This document shows, one piece after another, positions 38,187 through 47,992 of a stretch of 64,000 nucleotides of DNA. Below the pieces are notes generated by a model that was given only the letters and a program-made list of their open reading frames with translations, did no database searches and was not told where the DNA came from. The stretch covers positions 35,969 to 99,968 of the forward strand of contig JAGVZG010000003.1 of NCBI GenBank assembly GCA_018302765.1, read 5' to 3'. The position numbers and the translations under genes were made by a program. Position 1 is the stretch's first letter; each line of letters opens with the position of its first letter. Origin of the DNA: Candidatus Woesearchaeota archaeon. GTDB taxonomy: Archaea; Nanobdellota; Nanobdellia; SCGC-AAA011-G17; GW2011-AR18.

Positions 38187-39823
38187 TAATGAAAGAAAAA
38201 ATAAAAAAAGACCTAATTGAAAGTTCCTTTGTAAAAATGAAATTAGCAGAAGAATGTATAGATCAAATTGAATTAGCAACAAAATGGATACTAGAATCCT
38301 ATCAAGAAGGTGGAAGAATGGTGTTATTTGGAAACGGAGGCTCAGCCGCAGATGCTCAGCATATAGCTGCAGAATTCGTAAATTACTTCAGAATACCTTC
38401 AAGGCCAATGGTTGACTGTTTATCATTGACAACAAATACATCTATACTAACAGCAATAGCAAATGATACAAGTTATGATAATGTATTTGCAAAGCAAATT
38501 GAATCTTTAGTAAACTGTAAAGATGTAATACTTGCTTTAAGTACAAGTGGTAATGCAAAAAATGTAATCAAAGGCATAGAAATGGCTAAAAAAAGAGGCG
38601 CAAAAACAATACTTCTTACAGGACAAAAAGGAGGAAAAGCTGCACCATTAGCAGATTTATCTATAAAGGTTCCATCAAATGACACACCAAGAATACAAGA
38701 GTCCCACATTGCAATAGGACATATAATATCAGATATAGTAGAATACGAACTCTTCAAAGACTACTTAGAAAAAGACCCATTAGATATAAAAGAAGCAGAA
38801 GCAAGCGCGCCTGTAAGGATACACTTAGGAGAAGGTGGAGACACAGATTACTACGTAGAAAAATTAGGGTGGGGATGTATAGTAAACGCAACACTAGAAT
38901 CACACAGATACAAATGTACTATAAAAAAATTAGAAAGTACAAATGAAATAAAAGTTATAATAATAAATTCTTTCTATGAGAACAAAGATTATAATAAGGC
39001 TAAGAAAGAATATATAATAAACAACGTTAAAGAAAAAGCAAAAGAAGACATAATAGCAGCAACAATACTAGAAGTATTCCCTGATTTTAAAGGAGAAATA
39101 CTAATTGAAAGTAATGTTCCAGAAGTTAGTGGACTAGGTGGATCCTCTTCTCTCTCAGTAGCACTAATTAATGCTTTATTTAAAATTAAAGGAAAAGAAC
39201 TGCCAACACCAATAGAATGTGCATATTTATCTTACCATATAGAAAGAGAACTAATGATAATTAAAGGAGGCTATCAAGACCAGTTTGCAGCTGCATTTGC
39301 TAATGGATTTAACTATATGGAATTTAAAAAAGTCAGTAAGAACAGAAAAGTTGATGTAACAGTTTTACCTTTGAATATTAAACCTGCAATATTAGAAAAA
39401 ATAGAAGAAAGCTTGCTCCTATTTTACTTAGAGAGTAGAGAAATACAAGGAAGTAATATACACGAAGAGCAAGAAAATATATTAACAAAAAATGAAGAAG
39501 AGGTTACGAATCTTCGTCTCGAAAAAAGAGAAAATATTTTAGATATAAGAGATACATTACAACATGGAGACCTAGAAAAACTTGGTAAATTACTAGTTAA
39601 AGATCATGAACTAAAGAAAAAAGTAAGTCCAAAGTTCATTAATAAACTTACAGAAGATGTTTACTGCAGTGCATTAAATATGGGTGCTTATGGTGGTTCA
39701 GTTTGTGGTGCAGGATCTGGAGGTTGCATAGTATTATTTTGTAATAAAGAAAAAAAACAAAGCATAATTAACGTTGTAGAAAGTAAGGGTGGAGTTTATC
39801 TACCATGTAAAATTATAAAATAA
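38183..39823 (+). CDS. Fusion: phosphoheptose isomerase GmhA (SIS) + HddA-like GHMP kinase
   Basis: N-half FGNGGSAADAQHIAAE, TAIAND, LSTSGN, RIQESH; C-half APVRIHLG.GGDTD, SGLGGSSS, GGYQDQF, GAGSGG. Confidence 0.88.
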   Translation: MIMKEKIKKDLIESSFVKMKLAEECIDQIELATKWILESYQEGGRMVLFGNGGSAADAQHIAAEFVNYFRIPSRPMVDCLSLTTNTSILTAIANDTSYDNVFAKQIESLVNCKDVILALSTSGNAKNVIKGIEMAKKRGAKTILLTGQKGGKAAPLADLSIKVPSNDTPRIQESHIAIGHIISDIVEYELFKDYLEKDPLDIKEAEASAPVRIHLGEGGDTDYYVEKLGWGCIVNATLESHRYKCTIKKLESTNEIKVIIINSFYENKDYNKAKKEYIINNVKEKAKEDIIAATILEVFPDFKGEILIESNVPEVSGLGGSSSLSVALINALFKIKGKELPTPIECAYLSYHIERELMIIKGGYQDQFAAAFANGFNYMEFKKVSKNRKVDVTVLPLNIKPAILEKIEESLLLFYLESREIQGSNIHEEQENILTKNEEEVTNLRLEKRENILDIRDTLQHGDLEKLGKLLVKDHELKKKVSPKFINKLTEDVYCSALNMGAYGGSVCGAGSGGCIVLFCNKEKKQSIINVVESKGGVYLPCKIIK

Positions 39824-39828
39824 AGAAT

Positions 39829-40677
39829 TTACAGAAAACGATGCAGTATATCTAATATTCCTCTTCCATATGGCTTATCAGCTATAAAGCCATTTGATGT
39901 ATCATGAACTGCCTCTTTTAATTTTTGATTCGCATTTGAAGGTACACCTTGATAATTAGTTTCAGCTAAAAGAGCTGTGTCGCTATGATAACTATCCCCT
40001 ATGCCTAAAGCATTTTCTTTTGACAAATCATACAACCCTAAAATGTGTCTTGTAGCGTAACCCTTGTCTACTTTCAAACTTATATCAAGAGCCGAAGCTG
40101 AAGGTACAACTTTTACATTTCCAGAAGCTAATATGTCGCTTATTTCTGAAGTTAAAAACCTCTTTTCTATGGCTCGCCATAAATCATGTCCTGAAACAGG
40201 TGGAGAATCAAATGGTAAAATCTCAAAAGTCAACAAAGTCTTCCTATCTGATAGCCTTCTAAGATTATCCTGACTTATTCCTAAATCATCTGCAAGAACA
40301 TTTTCATCTATAGTACCATACCATTGTCTCAATTTATCTAGTATGGGTTGAAGGTATGCCAATGATTTTTCCTTTTGAATTAACAAGTAAGACTCTCCAG
40401 TCAATGGATTATATATTACATTACCATTTTCAAAAGCAGAAAAACCATTAATCCCAGCAATTTCAGCTATTCTAATGCCGGAAGAAAAAGACCTAGTAGT
40501 ACAAATAGAAAATATTACATCTGGATGATTTAACAAAAAATCCCTTATCGCTTGTAAGTCCTTAATGTGAGGATCTAAGTCTTCTAAAAGTGGAGGCTTA
40601 GTTTTATCTTCCTTAACTAAACAACCATCAACATCACTAATAATAATTTTAACAGGCATTGTTTTCAAAATTATCAA
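39829..40677 (-). CDS. HAD hydrolase (Cof/subclass IIB-like)
   Basis: SDVDGCLV, CTTR, ENG, DKG, GIGDSYHSD. Confidence 0.82.
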   Translation of the reverse strand: MIILKTMPVKIIISDVDGCLVKEDKTKPPLLEDLDPHIKDLQAIRDFLLNHPDVIFSICTTRSFSSGIRIAEIAGINGFSAFENGNVIYNPLTGESYLLIQKEKSLAYLQPILDKLRQWYGTIDENVLADDLGISQDNLRRLSDRKTLLTFEILPFDSPPVSGHDLWRAIEKRFLTSEISDILASGNVKVVPSASALDISLKVDKGYATRHILGLYDLSKENALGIGDSYHSDTALLAETNYQGVPSNANQKLKEAVHDTSNGFIADKPYGRGILDILHRFL

Positions 40678-40731
40678 AAAGGTTAAAAAGGTTTTGCCAT
40701 ATTAATTAAGGACATAAAATACAACACAAAG

Positions 40732-41274
40732 ATGAAAGTAGCATTTTCAGGTGGAGGAGGAACTGGCAAAACTACACTAATAAAACATATTAGTAGCCAT
40801 TTACCAAATTATACTATAATTCATGACTATATTGACCATGAATTAAGATTATTAGGACTAAGTAGTCCAAAACAATTATCAGACATACAAGCAAGACAAG
40901 TACGTCTAAGGGCATTAGGAAAAAAAATCAAATCTGAATTAGAAACACCAAATTTTTTATCAGATAAAAGTGTAGTAGATTATTACGCCTATTGGTTAAT
41001 ATGGACTATGGCTGGAGCAGCTCATGAAGAAAGTCAAAGATTTGAAGAAACAGTAAAAAGCCATGTAAGAAATTATGATTTAGTGATTATACCACAATAC
41101 GGTAGATTTGAAATCGCAGATAATGGTATAAGGACCACAAATCATTTTCATCAGTTTAGAGTTCATGCATTAATTAGGGGAATTTATGGAGAATTAAATA
41201 TACCTACAAAAGAATATAGTCTAAATTTAAAAGACTCACCAGAAAAAGTTATTGAGGATTTAAGAATAATATGA
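40732..41274 (+). CDS. P-loop NTPase/kinase (NadR/AAA_28-like)
   Basis: FSGGGGTGKTT, SDKSVVDYYAY, YDLV, DNGIR. Confidence 0.75.
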   Translation: MKVAFSGGGGTGKTTLIKHISSHLPNYTIIHDYIDHELRLLGLSSPKQLSDIQARQVRLRALGKKIKSELETPNFLSDKSVVDYYAYWLIWTMAGAAHEESQRFEETVKSHVRNYDLVIIPQYGRFEIADNGIRTTNHFHQFRVHALIRGIYGELNIPTKEYSLNLKDSPEKVIEDLRII

Positions 41275-41867
41275 AGATACTATTATTTGACTTAGGCGGA
41301 GTTTGTTTAAGTAATCACTGGAGTAAAGAACAAAGAGAAAAATTTTCTAAAGAATTCAACTTAAACTTTGAAGAAATGGAAAATTATCATATAAAAAATG
41401 TTAAAGAAATAAATACTGGAAAACTAGATGAAAAAAGTTATTTTAAAAATCTATTCACAGAACAAAAAAAAGAACCAAAAATTGAAGAAGCGATAAATTT
41501 CACAAGAAAAAATAACTATGAATTTAAAGATGTTTTACAATTTATCAAAGAACTTAAAAGTAAATATAAAATATTTGCTTTGACAAATGAAATAAAAGAA
41601 GCAGCAGATTTTAGAATAGAAAAATTTAAACTTAAAGAATACTTTGATGAAATCTTTGTGTCATCATATATTGGTATGGAAAAATTTAATGAATCTAAAA
41701 TATATAAATACGTAATAAAAAAATTAAATGCAGAAGCAGAGAATATTATATTTGTAGATGATAAAGAAAGCAATTTAATCCATGCAAAAGAATTAGGAAT
41801 AAAAACAATACATTTCAAAAACTTAACACAATTAAAAGAAGATATAAAAAACATAGGAATAGAATAA
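41271..41867 (+). CDS. HAD phosphatase (subclass IA-like)
   Basis: FDLGGV, LTN, IFVDD...N...A. Confidence 0.82.
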   Translation: MKILLFDLGGVCLSNHWSKEQREKFSKEFNLNFEEMENYHIKNVKEINTGKLDEKSYFKNLFTEQKKEPKIEEAINFTRKNNYEFKDVLQFIKELKSKYKIFALTNEIKEAADFRIEKFKLKEYFDEIFVSSYIGMEKFNESKIYKYVIKKLNAEAENIIFVDDKESNLIHAKELGIKTIHFKNLTQLKEDIKNIGIE

Positions 41868-41901
41868 AAAGCCTTAAAAATTATTTAATTTAATTAATTT
41901 C

Positions 41902-42789
41902 ATGATATCAATAGTAATAACCTCATTTAAAGAACCTAAATCAGTAAAAAAAGCCATAGAATCAATTATTAAAAATAAAATAAAGGAAAAATATGAATTG
42001 ATAATTGTGGCACCTGACAAAGAAACAGAGCAAGTAGTAAAAGAATTCTCAAAGAAAAATAAAAGAATAAAATATTTTAAAGACCCTGGAAAAGGCAAAA
42101 GTTTTGCATTAAACCTAATCTTCAAAATATTAAAAGGGGATATTTGGATATTCACAGACGGAGACGTATATATAAGTGATAATGCAATAAATGAAATAAC
42201 AAATAAATTCAAAGATCCATTAGTAGCTTGTGTTACAGGAAGGCCGGTGCCAACAAACTCAAAAAAAACAATGCTCGGCTTCTGGGCCCATTTGCTGTAT
42301 GACGCGGGTGCACACAAAATAAGAAAAGAGCTCAATGAAAAAGATCAGTTTTTAGAATGTTCAGGCTACTTATTTGCATTCAGAAATAATATAACAAAAA
42401 ATATCCCACTAAATGTAGCAGAAGATACAATAATTCCTTACCTAACAATGAAGAAAGGTTATAAAGTTAGATATGCTGAAAAAGCATTAGTTTACGTAAA
42501 AAATCCAACAACAATTGGAGATTTTATAAAACAAAGAAAAAGAACAGCAAAGGCACATGAAACTCTAGAACAATATTCCCCATTTTTTCCAAAAGTTAAA
42601 TCTCTTAGAAATGAAATAATAAAAGGAACAATTCCTGCATTAAAATATCCTAAAACAATAAAAGAATTATTGTGGACTTCTTTATTATTTTTTACAAGGT
42701 TTTATATATGGGTACTTGTTAAATTAGAAGATAGATTATTAAAAAAGAGATATACAGATGCATGGGAAAGAATAGAAACCACTAAATAA
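41902..42789 (+). CDS. GT2 glycosyltransferase
   Basis: SIVITSFKE, GKS.ALN, FTDGD, VAED, QRKR. Confidence 0.85.
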   Translation: MISIVITSFKEPKSVKKAIESIIKNKIKEKYELIIVAPDKETEQVVKEFSKKNKRIKYFKDPGKGKSFALNLIFKILKGDIWIFTDGDVYISDNAINEITNKFKDPLVACVTGRPVPTNSKKTMLGFWAHLLYDAGAHKIRKELNEKDQFLECSGYLFAFRNNITKNIPLNVAEDTIIPYLTMKKGYKVRYAEKALVYVKNPTTIGDFIKQRKRTAKAHETLEQYSPFFPKVKSLRNEIIKGTIPALKYPKTIKELLWTSLLFFTRFYIWVLVKLEDRLLKKRYTDAWERIETTK

Positions 42790-44270
42790 TGAAAATTGAT
42801 AAAATAAAAGAGTGGATAAAAGATAAGCATAATTTAATTTTTCTTGCAGTTTTATTTCTAGGCATTATAATAAGATTGTATTATTTAATAATTACCAAAA
42901 ACCAGCCTTTATGGTGGGATGAAGCTGAATACCTATTAATGGCAAAATATTTTGCAACTGGAGACTTATTTATGAATCTTTTTGCTTCAAGACCATTATT
43001 ACTGCCCTTATTCTTTGCATTTTTAATGAAAATAAATCTAGGATATGAAATAATTTACAGAATAATAGAAGTTATAATATCATCAATAGGTTTATTATTC
43101 GTTTATCTAACAGCAAAAGAATTATTCAATAAAGAAACAGGAATTATAAGCACGTTATTTTTATCTGTATTTTATTTGCATATATTTTATACATCAAGAA
43201 TTTTATTAGATAGTATAGCTCCAACTTTCTGGGTATTGTCTGTTTATTTTTTTACTAAGGGATATATAAAAAAAAAAGAAAATAAAAGTTTTTACCTATC
43301 AGCATTTTTTGGTGCATTAGGAGTATTTCTATACAATCAGACAATAGCTTTATTCATTATATATTTAGTATTCCTATTGATAACAGAAAAATTAAACCTG
43401 TTTAAAGAAAAAAGGTTTTATATTTTTGGATTAATAGCTTTTATAACATTCCTGCCAACATTTATTCTAAATAAAATTCTATATAATAACACAATAGAAT
43501 TCATAAAAAAAGGAATAAGTACTGGAGATGTATTGACTGCAAATTATCCAGAAAATATTTTAACATTCATAAAATATCTTCCAGCCTATTTAGATGCTTT
43601 GCTTTTAATAATTTTTATATTTAGTGTAATAATTGTATTCTATAAATTAATAATTGGAATAGATTTGGTAATTAAAACCCCAGATCAAGAGACAAAAAAA
43701 TTATTATTCCTATTTCTTTGGTTAGTTTTATCATTCTTAATAATAATAAAAATAGTTGGGCATTTCGAGGATAGATATATTATGCCAACATTCATACCTT
43801 TATTTATTATAACAGCACTAGGAATATACAAATTAAAAGAATATTTAATAAAAATTACAGACAAAAGAATAGTTTTTGCAATAATTATAATTCTATTACT
43901 ATTAATATCATTTACCCAAATAAAAAAAGCAGATAATGCAATAAATGGAAAAAAAGATTCATTCTTACAGCTTAAGCAAGCAAGTTTATGGATAAAAGAA
44001 AACTCAAACCCAGGGGATAGATTATTGACAAGCAGTTCACCAATGACGTTGTATTACTCAGAAAGAAAAATAGTAAACCTACCAGAAAAAGAAGAAGAGC
44101 TGATGTCTCTAATAAAAAAAGAAAAACCTAAATTTTTAGTATTGTCTGCATTCACAGGAAACCCAAATTACATAAATAATCTGCAAAAATACCAAATATT
44201 TAAACCAGTACAAGTATATAAATCAGGAGAAGCAACACTATTAATAATATTCGAAATAAAATATGAATAA
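42789..44270 (+). CDS. GT-C (PMT/ArnT, GT39-like) glycosyltransferase
   Basis: PLWWDEAEY loop, SRPLL, FEDRY, many TMs. Confidence 0.8.
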   Translation: MKIDKIKEWIKDKHNLIFLAVLFLGIIIRLYYLIITKNQPLWWDEAEYLLMAKYFATGDLFMNLFASRPLLLPLFFAFLMKINLGYEIIYRIIEVIISSIGLLFVYLTAKELFNKETGIISTLFLSVFYLHIFYTSRILLDSIAPTFWVLSVYFFTKGYIKKKENKSFYLSAFFGALGVFLYNQTIALFIIYLVFLLITEKLNLFKEKRFYIFGLIAFITFLPTFILNKILYNNTIEFIKKGISTGDVLTANYPENILTFIKYLPAYLDALLLIIFIFSVIIVFYKLIIGIDLVIKTPDQETKKLLFLFLWLVLSFLIIIKIVGHFEDRYIMPTFIPLFIITALGIYKLKEYLIKITDKRIVFAIIIILLLLISFTQIKKADNAINGKKDSFLQLKQASLWIKENSNPGDRLLTSSSPMTLYYSERKIVNLPEKEEELMSLIKKEKPKFLVLSAFTGNPNYINNLQKYQIFKPVQVYKSGEATLLIIFEIKYE

Positions 44271-45162
44271 GGATAAAATGTTAATTATAGGATGCTCAAA
44301 TTCAAAACAGCTCACTAGGAAAATTGCAAATAATTTGAATGTTGCTCACTCAGATTTAACTGCCAAGCACTTTCCAGATGGAGAACTTTATGTTAAATTT
44401 GAAACAAATCCAAAAAATAAAGAAGTCGTATTAGTACAATCATTTTACCCAGCAAACGAGGCAATATTAGAAGTTTTATTAGCAGCTTATACAGCAAAAG
44501 ACTTAGGTGCAAAAAAATTAAAATTAGTTGCACCATATCTAGCATATATAAGACAAGACAAAAGATTTACTCCTGGAGAAGCTATTTCAAGCAAGATAAT
44601 TGGAAAACTCTTTGACGTATTTGATGAAATAATAACAATAGATCCACACTTACATAGATTCAAATCATTAAAAGAAGTTTTTCATACGCAAACAAAAAAA
44701 CTTATTAGCAACAAACTAATAGAAGAATTTATTTTAAAAAACTTCAAAAATCCTGTTATTATAGGCCCTGATGAAGAAAGCTATCAATGGGCTAAAGAAA
44801 TAGCACTAGAAATAAAAGCTCAAGCAGCAATACTAAAAAAAAGAAGATTATCTCCAAGAAAAGTCAAAATAACTATAAAATCACCTGTAGGAATAAAAAA
44901 TAAAGACATTGTAATAATTGATGATATTTTGTCAACAGGAAAAACAGTTCTAGAAACAATAAACTACATAAAAAAACAAGATCCTAAAACAATAAATGTC
45001 ATTGCAATACATGGAATATTCGCAGACAAAGTAACCTACAACAAAATAAAGAAAAATACCAGTATGATTATCACAACAAATACTATAGAAAATATGCATT
45101 CTAAAATAGATGTATCAAGACTAATTGCAGATTCTCTGAAAACAAAAACCAAAGATATTTAA
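44263..45162 (+). CDS. prs: Ribose-phosphate pyrophosphokinase
   Basis: HFPDGE, PYLAYIRQDKRF, IDPH, GPDE, IIDDILSTGKT, HGIF. Confidence 0.92.
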   Translation: MNKDKMLIIGCSNSKQLTRKIANNLNVAHSDLTAKHFPDGELYVKFETNPKNKEVVLVQSFYPANEAILEVLLAAYTAKDLGAKKLKLVAPYLAYIRQDKRFTPGEAISSKIIGKLFDVFDEIITIDPHLHRFKSLKEVFHTQTKKLISNKLIEEFILKNFKNPVIIGPDEESYQWAKEIALEIKAQAAILKKRRLSPRKVKITIKSPVGIKNKDIVIIDDILSTGKTVLETINYIKKQDPKTINVIAIHGIFADKVTYNKIKKNTSMIITTNTIENMHSKIDVSRLIADSLKTKTKDI

Positions 45163-45188
45163 ATAAACAAAAAACAACTAAATATAAG

Positions 45189-45527
45189 ATGCAAAAGAGT
45201 TATGAAGTATTAGATAAAATAAAAGAATTAAGAAATCTAAGTAATGAAATAGAGAAAAGATTAGAAAAAGATGGATTAAGTATAACTAATATTCCAAAAG
45301 AACAGTTATTTAATCATAATATAAAAAATATTATTGGTGCTATGGAAGGTTTGCTAAGAAATGAACCTCAAGAAAGGCATGTAATAAGATTGGAAAAGGA
45401 AATACCAGATGCCTACAATAATATAAACAAAATAAAAGAATCAGCACCAGGAAGATTAAATTCTGTACATTTAGACAATATTAAAGATTTGGTAACTTTC
45501 TTAGAAAAAGCATATCCAAGATTATAA
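45189..45527 (+). CDS. Hypothetical protein
   Basis: 112-aa ORF co-oriented with neighbours; no motif recognised. Confidence 0.55.
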   Translation: MQKSYEVLDKIKELRNLSNEIEKRLEKDGLSITNIPKEQLFNHNIKNIIGAMEGLLRNEPQERHVIRLEKEIPDAYNNINKIKESAPGRLNSVHLDNIKDLVTFLEKAYPRL

Positions 45528-45565
45528 AAAACAATAAATATAAATAAATTCAAAATTATACCATT

Positions 45566-45838
45566 ATGATAATAAAAATTTTAGCACTTGCAGATATATT
45601 AACAATAATATCATTACTGGGAGTAAGCCTATTACCGCAAAAATTAGTTCTGGCAATGGCCATTTATCTAATGTTAAAAGGCCTTGTATTTATATTGATA
45701 GGAAGTTTATTTCCGAACTTTATTGATATGCTGTGTGGTTTTTACATTATATTCGCTGCATTTGGAATAACTCATTGGATACCAACTGTAATAGTAATAC
45801 TATTTATAGGTCAGAAAGCATTTTTTTCTCTAGTCTAA
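45566..45838 (+). CDS. Small membrane protein
   Basis: 90 aa, almost entirely hydrophobic. Confidence 0.6.
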   Translation: MIIKILALADILTIISLLGVSLLPQKLVLAMAIYLMLKGLVFILIGSLFPNFIDMLCGFYIIFAAFGITHWIPTVIVILFIGQKAFFSLV

Positions 45839-47941
45839 AATTTTATCAACCAATTCAGCTTTCTTTATTTCATATGTTCCGCAATTCTCAGACTGCATTA
45901 ATTTAACAGCATCTAGGATTTTCAGTCTCTTCTTAAACATAGGACAGTCTAATACTAAAGACTCAGCTTCACCGCCCTCAAAAGCAACATTAAGATGATT
46001 TTTTTTATTTATTTCCTGTAATTCAGCAATTAAATCAGCATCTAATTTTCTTCCTAAAAAAGATTCATTTAAACCATCTGCAGCAACGTGAACCAAAATA
46101 ACTTCAAAGTCATTTGATATTATCTCATTAAGTAAAGTAAGCTGGTCTTTATGCCACAAAGGTGTAAAAACCTTCAAACCTAATTTAGTTGCAATGCTTT
46201 GTACTCTTTCTCTTTGATAATTGGAAAATAAAGCACCTAAAACTATTCCCTCAATAGAATACCCTCTTTTAGCTCTAATAATTGCATTTTCCAAATCTAA
46301 AAGCTCTTCTTCCTTATTTCCAGAACTGTTATGCATTATCAGAGGGATATTTAATGCCTCTGCTTGCAACTCAACCATATCAACATTTGGCGTATGATAC
46401 ATATAAGAATCTTTATTCTTACTCTTAATAGTTACCAAGCACTTAATGTCATAATTTTGCTTCTTCATAATATACATAGCATAACAGCTGTCTTTACCAG
46501 AACTAAATAAAGCAGCAAGTTTTACATTACCTTCATTAAAAAAACTAGCTAAGTAATCAGACTTTGTATTAAACTTACTAGAAAGCTTGTCAATCGCCTT
46601 TAAAAAATTACTTCCATATTGTGCAGCTATTTTTTTCCTGAAAGCAAACTTATTAGGCAAACCCATATCATTTGCAATATCTCTTAATATAATTTTGCTG
46701 CTATTGTCATTAATTTTATATTTCCCATCTATACCTAAAGCAAAATCAATTAATTCTAAATCCAAAAAAGGTACTCTTAATTCAATACCATTATACATAG
46801 TTACAACATCATCCCTGTACAAATCCCTCTCATAAATATTCAGCAGCCCATAATAACATTCTTTATTTATATTAGTACTTCTCAAATGCCTCTCATAGCC
46901 AGCAAATAATTCCTCGCTTCCCAAACCAGAAAATATCACTTTAATACCATCTTCTCTTGCTTTCTTGCATGCAAAATAAAAAGGCAAAGCTACAGATATC
47001 TTAGTAACGTTATTTGACTCCACTAACTTACAAACAAAAGATAATTCTCTCTCAACGTCTTCTAAACCAACTTCAACAATTTCCAGATCTAAATCTAAAA
47101 ATCTACTAATTTCTTTTGCATATTCTAAATCCTTAGATTCTCCCAAACATGAAACATAAGAAAAATAACAAGTAAAATCCAAACCAAGTTTCTTTAAAAT
47201 CAAAGCTATAACAGCAGAATCTATTCCTCCAGAAAAAAGCAAACCAAATTTAACATCAGGAACTCTCTTTGATATGGAATTAATTAGATGTCCTGTAAGT
47301 TTATTTTTTAGAATCTTATAATCATCACTAATATTTTTATTAAAAATAGCAAACTCCCTGTTGATAAATTGCACATTCTTATCTTTAATATCATAAATCA
47401 GTAGCTCTCTAGGATTTAACTCAAAAACATCACTATAATTTAAGCCTCTCAAAACTTTTCTCTCAGAAGAAAATCCAAAACCTTTCTCCAAGCTGTACCA
47501 AACAGGTTTAACTCCAACTAAATCCCTAAATATAAACAACTTAGAATCAAAAAAATAAGCCCCTGCATAATCTCCATCAACTAATTCTAATGTTCTTTCT
47601 ACGCCAAACTTCTCCAGCAACAAGAAAAATAATTCAGCATCATTTTTTGCATTTACCTCATATTTCTCACACAAATCAACCCAATTATATATCTCGCAGT
47701 TTACAACAAAAACACCATTTCCAATAAAAGGCTGTTTAATCTTATCAACAACAGCATGAAGACAATGGCCCAAAGAAAAATCAGAATTATTTAATACAAA
47801 ATCGATTTTATCTGAGTAAAAAACATCTTTTCCATCAAATAAGCCATAACCGTCCTGTCCCCTATAACTAATTAAATTTAAACCTTTAACAACTAATTCA
47901 GTAGCATTCTCTAATCCAAAAAAACCAATTATTCCACACAT
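45830..47941 (-). CDS. Fusion: glutamine-hydrolysing asparagine synthetase B-like + diphthine-ammonia ligase (Dph6)
   Basis: MCGIIG Ntn start, YRGQDG, NCEIYN, FSGGIDS, SGLGSEELFAGY, ELRVPFLD; C-domain ALFSSGKDS, MYHTPN, YQRERV, TPLWH, FEGGEAE. Confidence 0.88.
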   Translation of the reverse strand: MCGIIGFFGLENATELVVKGLNLISYRGQDGYGLFDGKDVFYSDKIDFVLNNSDFSLGHCLHAVVDKIKQPFIGNGVFVVNCEIYNWVDLCEKYEVNAKNDAELFFLLLEKFGVERTLELVDGDYAGAYFFDSKLFIFRDLVGVKPVWYSLEKGFGFSSERKVLRGLNYSDVFELNPRELLIYDIKDKNVQFINREFAIFNKNISDDYKILKNKLTGHLINSISKRVPDVKFGLLFSGGIDSAVIALILKKLGLDFTCYFSYVSCLGESKDLEYAKEISRFLDLDLEIVEVGLEDVERELSFVCKLVESNNVTKISVALPFYFACKKAREDGIKVIFSGLGSEELFAGYERHLRSTNINKECYYGLLNIYERDLYRDDVVTMYNGIELRVPFLDLELIDFALGIDGKYKINDNSSKIILRDIANDMGLPNKFAFRKKIAAQYGSNFLKAIDKLSSKFNTKSDYLASFFNEGNVKLAALFSSGKDSCYAMYIMKKQNYDIKCLVTIKSKNKDSYMYHTPNVDMVELQAEALNIPLIMHNSSGNKEEELLDLENAIIRAKRGYSIEGIVLGALFSNYQRERVQSIATKLGLKVFTPLWHKDQLTLLNEIISNDFEVILVHVAADGLNESFLGRKLDADLIAELQEINKKNHLNVAFEGGEAESLVLDCPMFKKRLKILDAVKLMQSENCGTYEIKKAELVDKILD

Positions 47942-47992
47942 ATAAAAAACAGAATCAAAAAGATTTATAAATTATACACAGTTAATTAAACT

